In this document: positions 5,273 through 6,252 of the stretch, in pieces | Layout: every line of letters begins with the position of its first letter | Position numbering within the stretch: position 1 is the first letter of the stretch | Virus record (IMG/VR): IMGVR_UViG_2698536307_000011 | Source: a virus | Taxonomy: Duplodnaviria; Heunggongvirae; Uroviricota; Caudoviricetes | Reading direction: 5' to 3' (one strand) | Length of the DNA: 6,252 nucleotides | Translations under genes and position numbers: made by a program | The notes under the pieces: model-generated | Databases searched by the model: none | What the model was told of the DNA's origin: nothing | Seen by the model: the letters and a program-made list of their open reading frames with translations, nothing else

Positions 5273-6252
5273 ATGTCGATTAAACATTATGATGTTGTCA
5301 GGGCGGCGTCGCCGTCAGACCTTGCGGAAAAGCTGACACACAAACTGAAAGAGGGCTGGCAGCCATATGGCGGACCGGTTGCCATTACGCCGTACACACT
5401 GATGCAGGCGGTGGCTATTGAAGGAGAGCCACAGGTCGGCCCTTCATCTGAGCCGGATTGGTACTACGTCATCGTACTGGCCGGGCAGTCCAATGCCATG
5501 GCTTACGGTGAAGGGCTTCCGCTGCCGGATTCATACGATGCTCCGGATCCGCGCATTAAACAGCTGGCGCGCCGCAGTACAGTGACGCCGGGCGGGGCTG
5601 CCTGCAGATATAACGATATTATTCCGGCTGACCACTGTCTGCATGATGTGCAGGATATGAGTACGCTGAATCATCCGAGGGCTGACCTGAGCAAAGGGCA
5701 GTACGGCTGTGTCGGCCAGGGTTTACATATTGCCAAAAAACTGCTCCCGTATATCCCGAATAACGCGGGGATCCTGCTGGTACCATGCTGTCGTGGTGAT
5801 TCGGCATTTACCCAGGGCGCGGAGGGGACATTCAGCGAGTCCACGGGGGCCAGTCAGGATTCGGCACGCTGGGGGGTGGGCAAGCCGTTATATCAGGATC
5901 TGATTTCCCGCACAAAAGCGGCATTGCAGAAAAATCCCAAAAACGTTCTGCTGGCCGTCTGCTGGATGCAGGGTGAGTTTGACATGAGCGCCGCCACCCA
6001 CGCACAGCAACCTGCGCTGTTTACAGCCATGCTGACACAGTTTCGTGCTGACCTCTCCGTGTTTAACGCGCAGTGCCATGGTGGCAGCGCTGCAGATGTG
6101 CCGTGGATTTGTGGTGACACGACGTATTACTGGAAAAATACATACGCTACCCAATACGACACCGTGTACGGCGGGTATAAAAACAGGGAGAGTGAGGGCG
6201 TTTATTTTGTGCCCTTCATGACAGACGGTAACGGCGTCAATACCGCCACTAA
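5273..6252 (+). CDS. nanS-p: Prophage NanS-p-type sialate O-acetylesterase (N-terminal DUF1737-like segment plus SGNH/SASA esterase domain); 3' end beyond the window
   Basis: Open frame from ATG 5273 (SD GGGAG at 5261-5265) with no stop to the window end (326 codons). N-terminus MSIKHYDVVRAASPSDLAEKL and the GQSNAMAYGEG and CWMQGEFD motifs match the esterase encoded just downstream of stx in Stx phages and E. coli YjhS/NanS as recalled. Absent from the track because it has no stop. Confidence 0.85.
   Translation, partial: MSIKHYDVVRAASPSDLAEKLTHKLKEGWQPYGGPVAITPYTLMQAVAIEGEPQVGPSSEPDWYYVIVLAGQSNAMAYGEGLPLPDSYDAPDPRIKQLARRSTVTPGGAACRYNDIIPADHCLHDVQDMSTLNHPRADLSKGQYGCVGQGLHIAKKLLPYIPNNAGILLVPCCRGDSAFTQGAEGTFSESTGASQDSARWGVGKPLYQDLISRTKAALQKNPKNVLLAVCWMQGEFDMSAATHAQQPALFTAMLTQFRADLSVFNAQCHGGSAADVPWICGDTTYYWKNTYATQYDTVYGGYKNRESEGVYFVPFMTDGNGVNTAT

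Noticed and set aside
5619-6154. Track ORFs antisense or out of frame within the esterase gene (5619..5807, 5709..5903, 5888..6154, 5893..6120)
   Set aside because: The + strand frame from 5273 is open for 326 codons with conserved SGNH-esterase motifs; these are shadow frames.
1-6252. CRISPR arrays, IS elements or transposase genes
   Set aside because: No spaced direct repeats, no terminal inverted repeats and no transposase-like ORF were seen anywhere in the window.

Overview
This window reads as the delayed-early to late junction of a lambdoid (Stx-phage-like) prophage of an enterobacterium, all on the + strand. Left to right: an unexplained 440-bp region with competing small ORFs; a complete hok/sok-type type I toxin-antitoxin locus; a tightly coupled operon of a Rem-like small protein, a 92-aa unknown, a 349-aa DUF968/YdfU-like protein, the Holliday-junction resolvase RusA and a putative Q-like late antiterminator; a strong promoter plus intrinsic terminator placed like PR'/tR'; three tRNA genes (Ile2-CAU, Arg-UCG, Arg-UCU) with their own promoter; then a cargo locus in the slot where Shiga toxin genes sit in Stx phages. 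That slot holds no toxin genes here. It holds a TerB-family gene broken by a frameshift in an A7 tract and an in-frame amber codon, followed by a coupled small two-helix membrane ORF, and then the 5' part of a NanS-p-type esterase gene running off the window. The supplied ORF track misses the most informative genes (hok itself, the TerB-like gene, the small membrane ORF, the 3'-open esterase), and most of its minus-strand ORFs look like antisense shadows. All calls are from reading the sequence and recalling protein families; no database search was run.
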